DNA from: Somniosus microcephalus
Lineage: Eukaryota
Direction: 5' to 3'
DNA length: 64,000 bases
NCBI GenBank assembly: GCA_052327205.1
Contig: CM126206.1
Coordinates: 315,518,001 to 315,582,000, forward strand
Shown here: in pieces, positions 23,096 through 35,827 of the stretch
How the letters are laid out: each line of letters starts with the position of its first letter
Numbering within the stretch: the first letter of the stretch is position 1
Position numbers and translations under genes: made by a program
The notes under the pieces: generated by a model
The model's input: the letters and a program-made list of their open reading frames with translations, nothing else
Told to the model about the DNA's origin: nothing
Databases searched by the model: none

Positions 23096-23296
23096 GTAAG
23101 CTGCCCTTTCACTTTTTTAATGTCTGGGCTTGAAGCCATGCCAGACTGTGGGGCTGATAATCTCCATTGCATTGACCACAAATATCCTAATGTAAATTGA
23201 ATTTCAGTAATCTTTATTGAAGAGTCTGTCCATAGCACAAAATTACCCCTAGTTCCACACAAACTGTACTAAATCGGCAGTTCTGCTTAGGCACTA

Positions 23297-23899
23297 CAGG
23301 TACACTATCCCTTATCCGAAAGCCTTGGGACCAGCTGAGTTTCGGTTTTCGGAATTTTTCGGATTTCAGAAGGTATTATTATAAGACTGGGAAATTTGTA
23401 TTTAATATAAATTTTAAAAGTTCAGGCTACCTCTTGCGACTGTTCCGTGTCTCATTCCCCTTCCTGCTTCTCTGGAAAGCCGGATATCGGCTGACTCCTA
23501 CTAAGCTGGCCTGCAAATCAGGTCGGGTGGGGGGGTGGTGGGGAGAAAAGAATATTGGACGAGCTGCGATCTGGGTTTTGGTGGGGGGAGGGGGAGGAGA
23601 AAAGAATATCGGACGGGCCGCGTTTTGGTTCGGGTCGGGGGGGAGAAAAGAATATCGGACAGGCTGCTGCAGCTATCGGACGGGCCGCTGTATTGTTGGG
23701 TTCACTCTCCCGGTACCTCCTTCACACTGCCCAGCTCGGCCTGCAATCTCCTACCCAGGAGGGAACTCTGTGACCCTCTGCCCTGCTCAGCGTAAGTCGT
23801 GCGCCACTCTGGTCATGTCGTGCGCACGAGTTACGTTGAATGAAAAAACTTTTGGTTTTTAGAGGTTTTCGGAAGTTCGGATAAAGGATAGTCTACCTG
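23297..23899. mobile_element. MITE, same family as 15247-15482, longer and in opposite orientation
   Basis: TIR CAGGTACACTATCCCTTATCCGAA ... TTCGGATAAAGGATAGTCTACCTG; TA TSD; internal GGAGAAAAGAATAT(C/T)GGAC three times. Confidence 0.9.
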
Positions 23900-23989
23900 T
23901 ATAAGCGCTGGAGATGTACGAAATGGAGGGGAAATTACCACTGATGCAGTAAAAGGTGTTCTAAAATGGAGTAAATATTTAGACGGTTA

Positions 23990-24360
23990 ATAGAATCATA
24001 GAAATTTACGGCACAGAAGGCGGCCATTTGGCCCATCGTGTCTGTGCCGGCTGAAAAAGAGCTCTCCAGCCTAATCCCACTTTTCAGCTCTTGGTCCGTA
24101 GCCTTGTAGGTTACGGCACTTCACGTGCATATCCAAGTACTTTTTAAATGTGATGAGGGTTTCTGCCTCTACCACCCTTTCAGGCAGAGCGTTCTAGACC
24201 CCACCACCCTCTGGGTGAAAAAAGTTCTCCTCAACTCCCCTCTAATCCTTCTCCCAATTACTTTAAATCTATGCCCCCTGGTTATTGACCTCTCTAAGGG
24301 AAATAGGTCCTTTCTATCCAGGCCCCTCATAATTTTGTACACCTCAATTAAGTCTCCCTT
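23990..24360 (-). mobile_element. CR1-like LINE 3' fragment
   Basis: GDLIEVYKIMRGLDRKDLFPL. Confidence 0.85.
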
Positions 24361-25152
24361 CCCCTGTGTCAAAGAAAGTCTGCAGCTGAATGCCAAGACT
24401 AGACTAGAAAAGGACACTACAGTGCAGTCATTTCCTTTTTGAGTGCAAAATATTTCCCATTGAGAAGGAATTTAAAGCTTGGCTAGATGTAAATATGGCT
24501 GTTCTCGTATTGTGGAAATGCTATTATTTGAAGGTTCTGTGCTGCCTGTTGGGTTCTCTTTCCCCTGCCCCATTTATGTTGCGGGACAGAATTCCAAGTA
24601 CAGGTGACAATTTAGAAACTGGCGTACCTGCATAGTTGAGTCAATATCCTGACTTAAGTTTCTGGCCACAGCCAAGGGAAGTCTCATTTTCTGGCAGTGG
24701 GTGGATAGAAGAGCCAGTGGCTTGCAACATCTAACACTGCTGGCCATTTACATTCGTTCTTGGCAGGTCTGTTACTTCTGCAGGAGCTTCAAAACAAGCA
24801 TCTCCTGAGGTGGTTCTTGGCTCATCTGGCAGTACCGTGGTGTGCCACCTCTTATGTTGGTGTTGGCACTGTATGAGAGGTGTATGAATGAATGACTGTG
24901 TGTCGAACATAAACAGAATTTAATGGATACAGTGAAGCAAAGATGAAAGTTAAGGAATTTTGAAAGAAGCTTCTCCGATTAATTTTAACTAGTAGGTTGG
25001 TACGTAGCTGAAACGTAGGGATTGGGTAGTGTAAATTCAATCTCTAGTGTGTACTTGGTAAAGCTGGAGCATCGTTGGAGGCGAGATTGGGCTTGGGTAT
25101 GAAGATGTTTTTGGTTAATTAGTCTGCTGATGGTCGCTATCCAGCTAACACG

Positions 25153-25597
25153 TAAAGAAAGATTTGCATTTACATAGTGCCTTTCACGACCACCAGACAC
25201 CCCAAAGTGCTTCACAGCAAATGAAGTACTTTTTGAAGTGTAGACACTGTTGTAATATAGGAAACACAGCAGCCAATTTGCACACAGTAAGCTTCCACAA
25301 ACAGCAATGTGATAATGACCTGATGATCTGTTTTAGTGATGTTGGTTGAGGGATAAATATGGGCCCCAGGAGAACTCCCCTGCTCTTCTTCGAAATGGGA
25401 TCTTTTACGTCCACCTTATCGAGCAGACGGGCCTTGGTTTAACATCTCATCTGAAAGACGGCACCTCCTACAGTGCAGCAGTACCGCACTGGGAGTGTCA
25501 GCCTAGATTTTTGTGCTCAAGTTTCTGGAGTGGGACTTGAGTCCACAACCTTCTGACTCTGAGGTGAGGGTGCTACCAACTGAGCCACAGCTGACAC
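25153..25597 (-). mobile_element. Deu-domain tRNA-SINE, full length
   Basis: Head, core and tail all present in reverse orientation. Confidence 0.9.
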
Positions 25598-26459
25598 TTG
25601 GACAAGATGCTGCAAAGTGACCTAGGGAGGGGTGGGAAAGAAAGTTAGTGGGGTGTGAGAGGAGGAGCATAAAAAATATAAAACCATGTTTTATTAACAC
25701 AGTGGCTCAGGCCAGGGCTTGTAGAGTAGAGAGACTGCAACCATATATCTTGAGCTACTGCCTTCACTGCAGTGCTAACATCTGAGTGGGAAGGTATTTA
25801 ATATGCTTGGAAAAATTTGAATCACCAGTGTTTAACAATGTGATGAATCCATGCTGCTGCTTGCTTCTGTATAACCGACAGTGGAAATGATGTGTGCGTG
25901 CACCAGCAATTCCCAATAATACAGTTCTTCCGTTCCCAGCGGCGCTGAACTTTAGGTGTGGTTCATTGCCTCTTGTGCTCAAATGTACTCACAAAGCAGA
26001 TCATTTGCATTTAGCAATTGCTGAGCTATGCTACCAGTGTTGGAATAAATTGGAGAGACTACAATTATCGAGGACATCCTAGTGAAGGCTGGGACTAGGA
26101 TCCAAAAGTCCAGATTAAAATCATTGATTTACAACAACTATACCTTGCTGCTTAGTAAGCCTCCTATTCTGATAACGTCTCTAACGTGTGTTGTCTTGTA
26201 GTTTACTGCAATGCTGGTGTTCCTTCCACCAAACCTGGAATGCTCGTTTACTGTTGTATCTCCTTTCCCCTGTCTCTTCCTCATACCCCACCAAAAAACC
26301 TCTTATCTGCACCCTTCCTAAAAATTGCTCATGCTTGGGGTATAGTTGAACAGCTGTCAGCAGCTTTCTGATATCTCATCCAGGTGATCACTGTCCAGGC
26401 ACAGACCAGAATGAACACCAGGCTCTCTGACCATCATGAGCATCACTGCTCAGCTGGTC

Positions 26460-26702
26460 TGTTCAAATCCCTCCATGGCCTTGCCCCTCCCCATCTCTGT
26501 AACCTCCTACAACCCTCAGATATCTGCGTGCCTCCAATTCTCTACCTCTTAAGACGCTCCTTAAAACCTATCTCTCTGACCAAGCTTTTGGTCGCTCATC
26601 CTAATTTCTCCTTGTGTGGCTCGGTGTCGAATTTTGTTAATGCTCCTGTGAAGCGCCTTAGATGTTTTACTATGTTAAAGGTGCTACATAAATGCAAGTT
26701 GT
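26460..26702 (+). mobile_element. L2-like 3' fragment
   Basis: ttcaaatccctccatggccttgcccc ... aaaggtgctacataaatgcaagtt. Confidence 0.65.
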
Positions 26703-26840
26703 ACATTCTAGCAGATGTGATGGATAACGTTCAGTAGGGGAGCCCTATCTGATATCTCTGACCTACACAGTTCAGGAAGATCTGCTTTGTTAGTTGATCC
26801 CGGTCACAGTTGCAGTAGATTGACATTTCTCTTAATTATA

Positions 26841-27115
26841 CAGGAAACTCTTTTTTTATACGGGACCGGCGTGGTGCTGGTTTATCAAAGTCCAGATTAC
26901 AGAGAGGCATAGTAAAAGGTACGAGAGCTCCGTACACAGCAACAGATCCAGGCTTCCCTGTTGCTTAGCAACAGGTGCATGAACCCTGGTTACACAGCCA
27001 CAGATCCAGGAACGGCCACTAATATGAAGCAAAACTTACCTGAACCTACTCCTGAATTTTGCCGGTTAACAGAGATTTCTGGTTATTTAGGTGCCGGTAA
27101 ATCGAGAGTTTCCTG
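26841..27115. mobile_element. MITE with TA TSD
   Basis: TIR CAGGAAACTCT ... AGAGTTTCCTG flanked by TA. Confidence 0.75.
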
Positions 27116-28029
27116 TAAGCAGTATAGACAGCTAAAGTCTGAGAAACCTTATTGAAATCTTACAGAATCGTGATTCCGAGAACTAAAGAATCGAAAGCGG
27201 CCAGCTGACTAAAAAGGCTCTCTACCTTGTTCCTTTCCCCATATTTCACATTTTTTTCCTCTTCACTATTCCACCACTGTTTCTGGTTGGATATTTCATG
27301 CCCTAAAGACTTTTTTCCCCTGCTAACCCCTCCCCATAATTTTTGGGGGTGTTGTCTTAAATTTATGCCACCAGTTACTGATCCACTGACCAGTAGAAAT
27401 TAATTTTTCCTAATTTACCTTATCAAATGCACTCAATTTTGAACGCTGTATCCGATTTTCTCTCAATCCTCTCTGTTCTAATGAACAGAAGCACAGTGTT
27501 TTTAGGTTATACTCATTACTAAAGCTTGTCATTCCTGTATCATGAATTTCCTTTGCACCTCTCCATTATAAATTGCAGTACCAAAGGCAGACAAAAATAG
27601 GTTACTGAAAGCAAGTTGGTATGGCTTCAATTGAAGCTCCATTCAGAAGGACAGGTTGGGGTCGGGGACAAGAGCAAACCTATCTTCCTGTTTGGAGCTC
27701 AGTCTCAACAATTATACTGTCACTGATTGGTGACATGCTGGCTGGTAATGAGTAGCTTGTACCCAAGTACAAAATTAGTAGTAAAACTGCAAGCGTCAAC
27801 TTTGGCTTGTGTTCCCACAGATGGTGTTTCATACTGGGGTGAGTCCGTGTGCAGAGCCAACCATATAAGGGTGCTTATTTAAGGCAAATCTATTTGCATG
27901 TCCGTCCTTGACTTTTAACTAGTTTTGAATTAACAGGTTTTGTGGGAGAACTTTTAAAAAAATTAATCATAGACCAAACTCCTGAAATGTAGAGTTATGG
28001 TGAACTCTTGTTTTTTTTTTTAAAGAAAT

Positions 28030-28742
28030 ACTGCGTGAGGTTGGACAGAGGGACCTGGGAGTTAATGTGCATCGGTCCCTGAAGGTGGCGGGACATATTG
28101 AGAGAGTGGTTAGCAAAGCATATGGGATCTTGGGCTTAATAAATAGAGGTATTGAGTACAAAAGTAGAGAAGTTATGCTGAACCTTTATGAAATGCTGGT
28201 TAGGCCACAACTGGAGCATTGTGTCCAGTTCTGGTCACCACACTTTAGGATCGATGTAAAAGCACTTGAGGGTTCAGAGGAGAATTACCATTATGGCTCT
28301 GGGGATGGGGGATCTTAGCTACAAGGACAGGTTGGAGAAGCTGGATTTGTTTTCATTAGAGAAAAGGAAGGTTGAGGGGTGATTTGATAGAGGTGTACAA
28401 GATTATGACGGGTTTGGATAGGCTAGACGGGGAAAGGCTGTTCCCACTAGTTGATGGCACAAGGACTAGGGGACACAGATTTAAGGTTTTGGACAAGAGA
28501 TACAGGGGGGACGTGAGGAAAAACTTTTTTACGCAGCGAGTGATGAGGACCTGGAACTCGCTGCTGATGGAAGTGGTGGAAGCGGAGACACTCAATGTTT
28601 CCAAGGGGAGACTGGATAGGCACTTGAGGGAAATAAATTTGCAGGGCTACGGGGATAGAGCGGGGGAATGGGACTGACTGGATTGCTCTACAGAGAGCCG
28701 GCACGGACTCGATGGGCAGAATGGCCGCCTCCTGTGCCGTTC
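28030..28742 (+). mobile_element. CR1-like LINE 3' fragment
   Basis: HRSLKVAG...LVRPQLEHCVQFWSP, RGDLIEVYKIM. Confidence 0.9.
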
Positions 28743-28989
28743 TGGTTCTCTAAGCAAAAGAATCAAAAATTAAAGTCTTATTTTTTTGTGAAATATGCAT
28801 TTCTCAACCAATATCAGGTTGTTGTGTTAAAAAGTTTGTTAAATTGTCAGTGAGCCAAAGTTATCCATGGAATAAATGTCTGAAAATGCTGGTTATGCAA
28901 ATATAAGTCTTCTAGGGTAAAGCAGGTCTTAATAGAATTTTACAGCACAGAAGGAGACAATTTGGCCAGCATGCCAAGGTGCTAACTGT

Positions 28990-30330
28990 CTCAATGAGCT
29001 AACCGCTTAGCCCCCATTATGTGGGCTAGGATGTAGGCAGCAAAGTTTGGGTGAGTCGGACTTTGTGCAATGTAGAGTTCGGGAGGCTCACAGAGAGACC
29101 CTGCAAGTGACAAAGGCATGGCTGAAAATTTTGGAGGTGGTGGAATTGATACTGAGGTCGGACACCATTGGATTTACTCTGGATAAGTAGTTGAGAAGGG
29201 ACCAGGGATTGAGGATTATGATGCAGAATTTTTTGGCAAGAGCTTTAAAGGGTGGCTTTGGTCATGCCAGTATTGATTTGGAGAAAGCTCTGGCTTCTGT
29301 GGCATTGTAGTTGTCGCTTCGAGTGGTGGCGAGGTGGAGCTGGGTGTCATCAACGTGTGTATAGAAGAGGACCAGATGCCTATGGATAATGTTGCCATGG
29401 GGCAGCATACAGACAAATAAGAGGGGACCAACTAGGGAGCACTTCTGAGGGAACTTGTGGGGCTGTTCCCAGGAGACATGTTGGCTCTGATGAGAGTGCA
29501 ACCAAGCAAAGCCAGTACCGTGGAGGAGGATGGAGTGTTCAAAAGTATTGAATGACTCCGAGGTCAAGGAAAGAAAGAAAGAATTGCATTTATACAGTGC
29601 CTTTCACGACCACCGGACGTCCCAAAGCGCTTTATAGCCAAGGAGTACTTTTTTTTTTTGAAGTGTAGTCATTGTTGTAATGTCGGAGATGCAGCAGCTA
29701 ACTTGCACACAAGCTCCCACAAACAGCAATGTGATAATGACCAGATCATCTGTTTTAGTGATATTGATTGAGGGATAAATATTGGCCAGGAGATAACTCC
29801 CTTGCTGTTCTTCAAAATAGTGCCGTGGGATCTTTTATGTCCACCTGAGAGCAGACAGGACCTCAGTTTAATGTCTATCTGAAAGACGGCACCTCTGACA
29901 GTGCAGCCCTTCCTCAGTACTGCACTGGAGTGTCAGCCTAGATTTTTGTGCTCAAGTCTCTGAAGTGGGATTTGAACCCATAACCTTCTGATTCAGCGGC
30001 GAGGGTGCTACCCACTGAGGAGGGATAAAGCACCATAGTTGCAGTCAGAAAGACTGTTGGCTACTTTGATCAGGGCAGTCAGTGCAGCGGGCAGACGACA
30101 CCAAACAGAAGGGAATCATACAAACTGGTGGGAGAGGCAAATGTGAAACTCGGTAGTGATTTTATATTCCAAGATTTTCCAGAGAACAGAGAAGTAAGTA
30201 GGCAAGGTGGAGAGGTCACAGTGAGATTTTGAGGAGGCGGTGATGACAGCAGTTTTGAACTGTTCCCGAGGGAAGGGTGCCATTGACTATGTCAACAGCA
30301 GAAGATAGTTGCATGGTCAGAGGGGTTGGG
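28990..30330 (-). mobile_element. Old L2-like RT fragment interrupted by a DeuSINE
   Basis: Reverse frame GPLLF...VDDTQLHL; SINE inserted at 29568-30020. Confidence 0.5.
29568..30020 (-). mobile_element. Deu-domain tRNA-SINE
   Basis: Head, core and tail in reverse orientation. Confidence 0.9.
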
Positions 30331-30889
30331 AGGGCAATAAATGAGTACAGAAAGAGGGGTGTCATGGAGGAAATGATAAAATGGCACATTTTACTTGCAG
30401 AAAAATATTGCATTGAGCCTGCAGGAATCTCTTAATTAAAAATTGGTCGCTGTCGTCTTCTGTCTCTGAATAGCTGTCGTCTCCTCCTTCCTGAGTGCTG
30501 CACAGCTAGTTTGCCATCAAAACTTATTTTAATAAAATTCTACAAATCTCCCATTAAATAGTTCAGTAGGATTGTTGCCCTCATGAAATTCCTTGGAACT
30601 TTATCTTATGTTGATCAATATTTGGGAGAAAGTTATTTGTGTCACCTGGTAGGAAATTGTTCTTCAAATAAGTCCCTATAAGAAAACTTCTGTTTAAAAA
30701 TGAAGATTTTGCTCCTGAATATGTCCTATCATGTGGACATATAGCTTTCAAATTTAACTCTCGCTATTTGATATTAAATATGAATCTTGTATTTAAACGG
30801 GATGCTTCTTTTGGGGAAGGAAATTGTGAAAATTGGTTTGGTTGTTCCTCTATAAAACAACCATTGATGTATATTTTTTTTTCCAAAAG

Positions 30890-30980
30890 GAACGTGTCTC
30901 CAGGAAAAATTATTCATTGGGGACGGAAAGAACTCCTCCATCATCTTGTGAAGGGGCAGAAGCAATCGCTCAGCGACCAG
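30890..30980 (+). CDS. ZCCHC2: ZCCHC2 putative coding exon 2
   Basis: ttttttccaaaag/ ... CAG/GTAATC; 91 nt open frame ERVSRKNYSLGTERTPPSSCEGAEAIAQRP, phase 0 to 1, as required to join exons 1 and 3. AQRP resembles recalled AQRE of the mammalian protein. Confidence 0.7.
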
Positions 30981-31727
30981 GTAATCTTTGATCGAATTTA
31001 AATTGCTGCATTTTGCTTAGAAGTTACACTCTGCATTCTCGCCCATTAGTCAATCAAATCTTTACATTCACAATTGCTCAATATTTCCATTAACCACCTT
31101 CCAAAGGATTGGGCTATCTTTCCAGAGTCTACGTTTGCAGACAAGCTGGAGGCCCAATAACGATCCTGATTTTCAAGTCAACCCATGCCGCCGTCTGATG
31201 AACCCAGAGTGTCGAAATATTTTTTTCGGTCCCGATGTTTAACTTTTGAAAAGCGTCGTGTCCTGCACATGGGCAGCTCAAATGCTAAACATACATTCAC
31301 CCTACAGGGAAAATAATTAAATCCAGTGCTGAAAGAAGAAAGCTGTTTTAGTACATCAGTCTCTAAAGGTCCATGACTATTGGCATGTAGCTATAGCTAC
31401 AGCGAGCAGGGTTCTGGGGTATATTCACAGGGCTGTAAAACAAAGCAGACCATTTTGTCCTTGTACAAGACCTTGGTTAGGCCGCAGTTAGAATACTGTA
31501 TCCAATTTTGGTCTCACATGGTGGGGGATGTTGAGGATTCGGAAAGGGTGCAGAGGAGGACCACAAAACATGTTGGTTATCCAAAGAGGCTCAAGAAGCT
31601 GGGGTTCTACTTTATGGAAACCTAGGCGTGGAGGTGATTTGATCGAGGTTTCCAAAATCATGTAGGGACCAGATTGTGTTTATGTAGACCAATTATTTGA
31701 ACTGAATAGTTTAGGAAAGGCTAGGGG

Positions 31728-31886
31728 CAGTGTTCCCTTTAAGTTGCGTGGCCGCGCAGCGTTCTGCAGGCCCCGCGCAGCTGGTGAGCCGGCTTTTAAA
31801 TAGAAAATCTGCACAAGCAGGGTATTTTGAGTGGCCTGTGCAGACTATTAAAGGGGCCGTGCGGGCCAAAAAAAAGGGGAACGTTG
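31728..31886. mobile_element. hAT-like MITE
   Basis: Ends CAGTGTTCCC / GGGAACGTTG; 8-bp TSD GCTAGGGG / GCCAGGGG. Confidence 0.75.
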
Positions 31887-32261
31887 GCCAGGGGTGATGC
31901 TTGTAAGTTTATGCAAGGGCAGGACCAAGTTGGACGTTGGGCTGTTCTTTTCCCAGAGGTTAGTGGACCTGTGGAACAGGCAGCCGACTTGTGCAAACGC
32001 TGATTCGGCGTAGTCCTTCAAGTGAGAGCTGGATCTGTTTCTGGGTGGGGCGGAGATCACCTCCTGCAAGAGGTAGGTAAATCGGGGCCATTGTGATCTC
32101 CTGGGCCAGTTTTGACTACCTAAGGGTGTCTGAGGAATTTTCCAGGTTTCCTTTCCCTAACTGGTCTGGGTTTATAGCCTGGTTTCTCGCTCATCCCAGG
32201 AGATTACATGGCTGCAGGTGGTTGGGGAGTGTCTGTTTTATAATGCATGAGTCATCCCAGC

Positions 32262-32416
32262 CAATGTTCCCGCTAAATTCTTTTGGGTGCACGGCCCCTT
32301 TAACGGGCTGCGCAGCCCATTCAATTTCTTGCGCCTGCACGGTTATTTCAATTGTAAAGCCATTGAGTGGCCTGCGCGGGACCTCCAGATCGCTGCGCAG
32401 CTTAACGGGAATGTTG
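32262..32416. mobile_element. hAT-like MITE related to 31728-31886
   Basis: Ends CAATGTTCCCG / CGGGAATGTTG; flanks ATCCCAGC / GTCACAAC match at 5 of 8. Confidence 0.65.
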
Positions 32417-33037
32417 GTCACAACTGTGTGGGACAGGTTGGATGGGCCAGTAGGTCTTTACCTGTCTGCCACTTCTGTAAAGTATGTTAAGTAAGATGAG
32501 GTAGTATTTTGTACAGAAAGTACTCCCGTTGGCTTTTCCTTTTCCCTTCAGTTAGAATTAAAGATCAAATTATAAAGGAGCTGCATTTCTTATTGGCTGT
32601 GTACATAGTGTGCCACTATCAATCCATAAGGAAGTATTCTCCTTGTTCTCTCAATTTCCTGCCTCATTTGATGATCTCTATGATGTTCCTTGTGGATAAA
32701 AATAAGTTTTTTATTCCCCCCCCCCCCCCCCCCCAAACCTCATTTCCATCTGCCTCGTATATAGACCTTTCATTATTTTTAACTTTTCCTCCTCATTAAG
32801 TTTTGGACTGAAAAATTATTACTTTGCTGTATAAGCAAGGTCTCGGCTGTTTGAGAGGCAGTCCAACAAATGAGAACTATTCTGGGACCATGGCTCTTAA
32901 CCGTGTGGTGGTAACTGCGAGGATCATGTGCTGCTCAACTGAGCCTTGTGAGCAAAGTTCTCACTGGGGCACTGAAATGTTTGAGACTAATTGAAGAAAA
33001 TACGAAGATTTTATTAAATGTTGACTGGTATGTCATA

Positions 33038-33528
33038 GGGTATGGTAGCATAATGGTTCTGTTACTAGACTGGTAATCCCGAGGCCTGGAGTAATAATCT
33101 GGAGACATGAGTTCAAATCCCACCACGACAGCTGGGGAATTTAAATTTAATTAAATAAATCTGGATTTAAAAAGCTAGTATCAGTAATGGTGACCATGAA
33201 ACTATCGGATTGTCGTAAAAACCCATCTGGTTCACTAATGTCCTTTAGGGAAGGAAATCTGCCGCCCTTACCCAGTCTGGCCTATATGTGACTCCAGACC
33301 CACAGCAATGTGGTTGACTCTTAACTGCCCTCTGAAGTGGCCCAGCAAGACACTCAGTTGTACCAAACCGCTATGATAAACAATAACTGTGGGTGCATCT
33401 TCACCACATGGGCTGCAGTGGTTTAAGAAGGTGGTTCACCACCACCTTCTAGAGGAAAATTAGGGATGGGCAGTAAATGCTGGCCTTGCCAGCAACGTCC
33501 ACATCCCTTGAACAAATAAAATAAAAAA
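33038..33528 (+). mobile_element. Second tRNA-derived SINE family (head, body, LINE tail)
   Basis: A-box-like tagcataatggt, B box gagttcaaatccc, tail gggcagtaaatgctggccttgccagc matching the end of 47378-50580. Confidence 0.85.
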
Positions 33529-34255
33529 TGTACACTAAGAAACCATGGTGTTCTGCTTAAAGTATTTGTTGTAAAACAGTCAACAGGCAAAACTGAATGA
33601 TTGTGAATAAAATTGAAAGGCTTGCCACTGTAATTGCTTAACTGTTCCCGTTTCCTATTTCACATTTACTCATTTAAAGGGTGGAACAAGTTGCCTCTAG
33701 TTTGAGTGTACTGATACATGATTGAACCATCGCATATTTTTTTGGGGGGGAAGTAAAAGTGCCCTTCAGGTGTGAATGGACCCTCAAAAAAGAAAACTGA
33801 TCAGAGTCTTGGAAATAGAATTGAAATTTTGCTCCTGCATCTCCAATTCATTGCAACGATGTTGTGACAACTGACGGGCAAATGTAGTGTATAGCCCAGA
33901 GGGAGCATTTCTTTAAGTTTTAGCCCAATTTGGAGATTTCCTCTTCAGTCTAGAGTACTGTACCACCTTTTCTTGGCTTCATCTCATGCTCTGCAACTCT
34001 GTCACAGTCGAACTGTTCTCTGGTGTAGCAGGGAACTGAGACTAAAGTGGAAATCATACATGTTTTCAATTGGAGACAAAATTCTCTGGTGTTCCGATCA
34101 GCGTCAGTTATTTTTAGGGTTCCATTTACACTTCAGGTTTAACATCGGTGCAAACTAATATCCACTTCACACTGGTGCTAAACCTGAGTCGTAAATGTGG
34201 TGTCAGGGCCCCGAAGCATAGAGACTTTCTGTAGGGTGTAGTTTCACACCACTTA

Positions 34256-34458
34256 CATAGAAACATAGAAAATAGGAGCAGGAGTAGGCCATTCGGCCCC
34301 TCGAGCCTGCTCCGCCATTCAATGAGATCATGGCTGATCATCCAAATTCAGTACCCTGTCCCTGCCTTCTCCCCATATCTCTTGATCCCTTTAGCCTTAA
34401 GAAATATATCCAACTTTCTCTTGAATATATTTAATGAACTGGCAGAGAATTCCACAGG
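34256..34458 (-). mobile_element. CR1 3' UTR fragment
   Basis: acatagaaacatagaaaataggagcaggagtaggcc tail. Confidence 0.8.
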
Positions 34459-34798
34459 TAATTCCACTTCAGTTTGACGCTGCTTGGGATGTAAATCCAG
34501 AGTGGTGTCACGTGCAGTTTATATACCACTTAGTGGGTCTGTTGGTTTGCAACCCATTGCTGCAATGTAAATGTGCCGCTAAAGCTTGAAGACTACAGAA
34601 TTGCTGCAAATCATTTGTTGTAGCTTTCCTGAAAAACACATGCAGGGGTTCCCAGTAGGTCCAGTCACCAAGTTTTTAAGAATGACGTACAAGCTGACTG
34701 CATATCGTTTAATTGTGTCCAAGTGGACAGAAGTTACTTCTGACTGATCATTGACTCCTTATTTTGTAACTTAGGATTTCTGTTGTTTTTCTTTTTAG

Positions 34799-34875
34799 GA
34801 GTGCAGATTGAAAATATTACCTTCAAAACTGTGTCAAAAAAGAGATCAGACAACTACTGGGAGTACACATTTGAT
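34799..34875 (+). CDS. ZCCHC2: ZCCHC2 coding exon 3
   Basis: ctttttag/ ... GAT/GTAAGT; 77 nt; VQIENITFKTVSKKRSDNYWEYTFD resembles recalled [25 protein letters not shown]. Confidence 0.92.
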
Positions 34876-34908
34876 GTAAGTAAGAAATTATCCTTAATTT
34901 GTTCTGTA

Positions 34909-35220
34909 CAGGAAACTTTGTGCTATCCGGCAATCTGGAGCCACCGGCAAAAATCAGCAGCCGTTTTTTTTGTTTTTTTGTTGTTGCTTTGTTTGAACAG
35001 TCAAGCTGTGCAAGGTCTGTAGCTATAGCAACAGCTTCAGCTACAGAGCTTTAGGGCCACACCCGAGTGTTTAGAAGCTGTTGCTAAGCAACAGTGTTTG
35101 TTGTCAAATACGGAGATAAGAATCTCCGTATCTCTCAACATTAACTCTGGAGAGTACAGCAGTTTTAAGGCAACGGCAGCAGCTCGGTCCCGTGGGTGCC
35201 GGATAGCACAAAGTTTCCTG
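34909..35220. mobile_element. MITE with 24-bp TIR and TA TSD
   Basis: CAGGAAACTTTGTGCTATCCGGCA ... TGCCGGATAGCACAAAGTTTCCTG flanked by TA. Confidence 0.9.
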
Positions 35221-35827
35221 TATTAACAAAGGAAAAAAAAAGCAGCTGGTTCTGAAAATCTGTAATAAAAGCAGAAAATGCTGGGAACAGTCGTCTGACG
35301 ATATTTGTGGCGAGGACAGAGGAGTTCATGTTTCAGCTGTGGAGCCTTCATTTTCTGCCGAACGTTAGCATTAATTGAATGGAAAGTGCCGTCTGGTTCA
35401 GGAGCTTATTGCTGTCCAAGACTGTGGATGGATAAGGATGATTTATTTGGCCTCTACATTGGTAGTTGCATTGAATGATGGCCTTAGTAATATCATCTTT
35501 AACTGCACATGATTAGGCTCAGTAAGATTGTTAAATGGCCACCATTGCTCTTTGAAGTGGTGCAGAAACCCTTTGCTTTGCTATCTGATCCAATATGCAA
35601 GGCTTTTGAAAAATGGCACTGGTGCTTCCAGGAATTTATTTTGATTTTAGTATACTCGTGTATCGCTGCCTGTAATGAAGGGAAAAAATGCTATCAAATG
35701 GTACATTATTCATGAGAAAGAGAATGTAATAAATACAGCCATGCTGCTTAGGCCTGGATATAGCATACTGATGATTCAGTTTTTTTACTGAAGGGTTCAG
35801 AACTATCCAATAATTTGAATTAAGCAA

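Larger units (their letters stand above)
31260..32490 (+). mobile_element. Old CR1-like fragment carrying two MITE insertions
   Basis: LYKTLVRPQLEYCIQFWS; 3' UTR similar to 46470-46800. Confidence 0.7.

Noticed and set aside
31190-31225. CTGATGA...GAAA hammerhead-like boxes
   Set aside because: Stem II and stem I pairing are unconvincing; probably chance.
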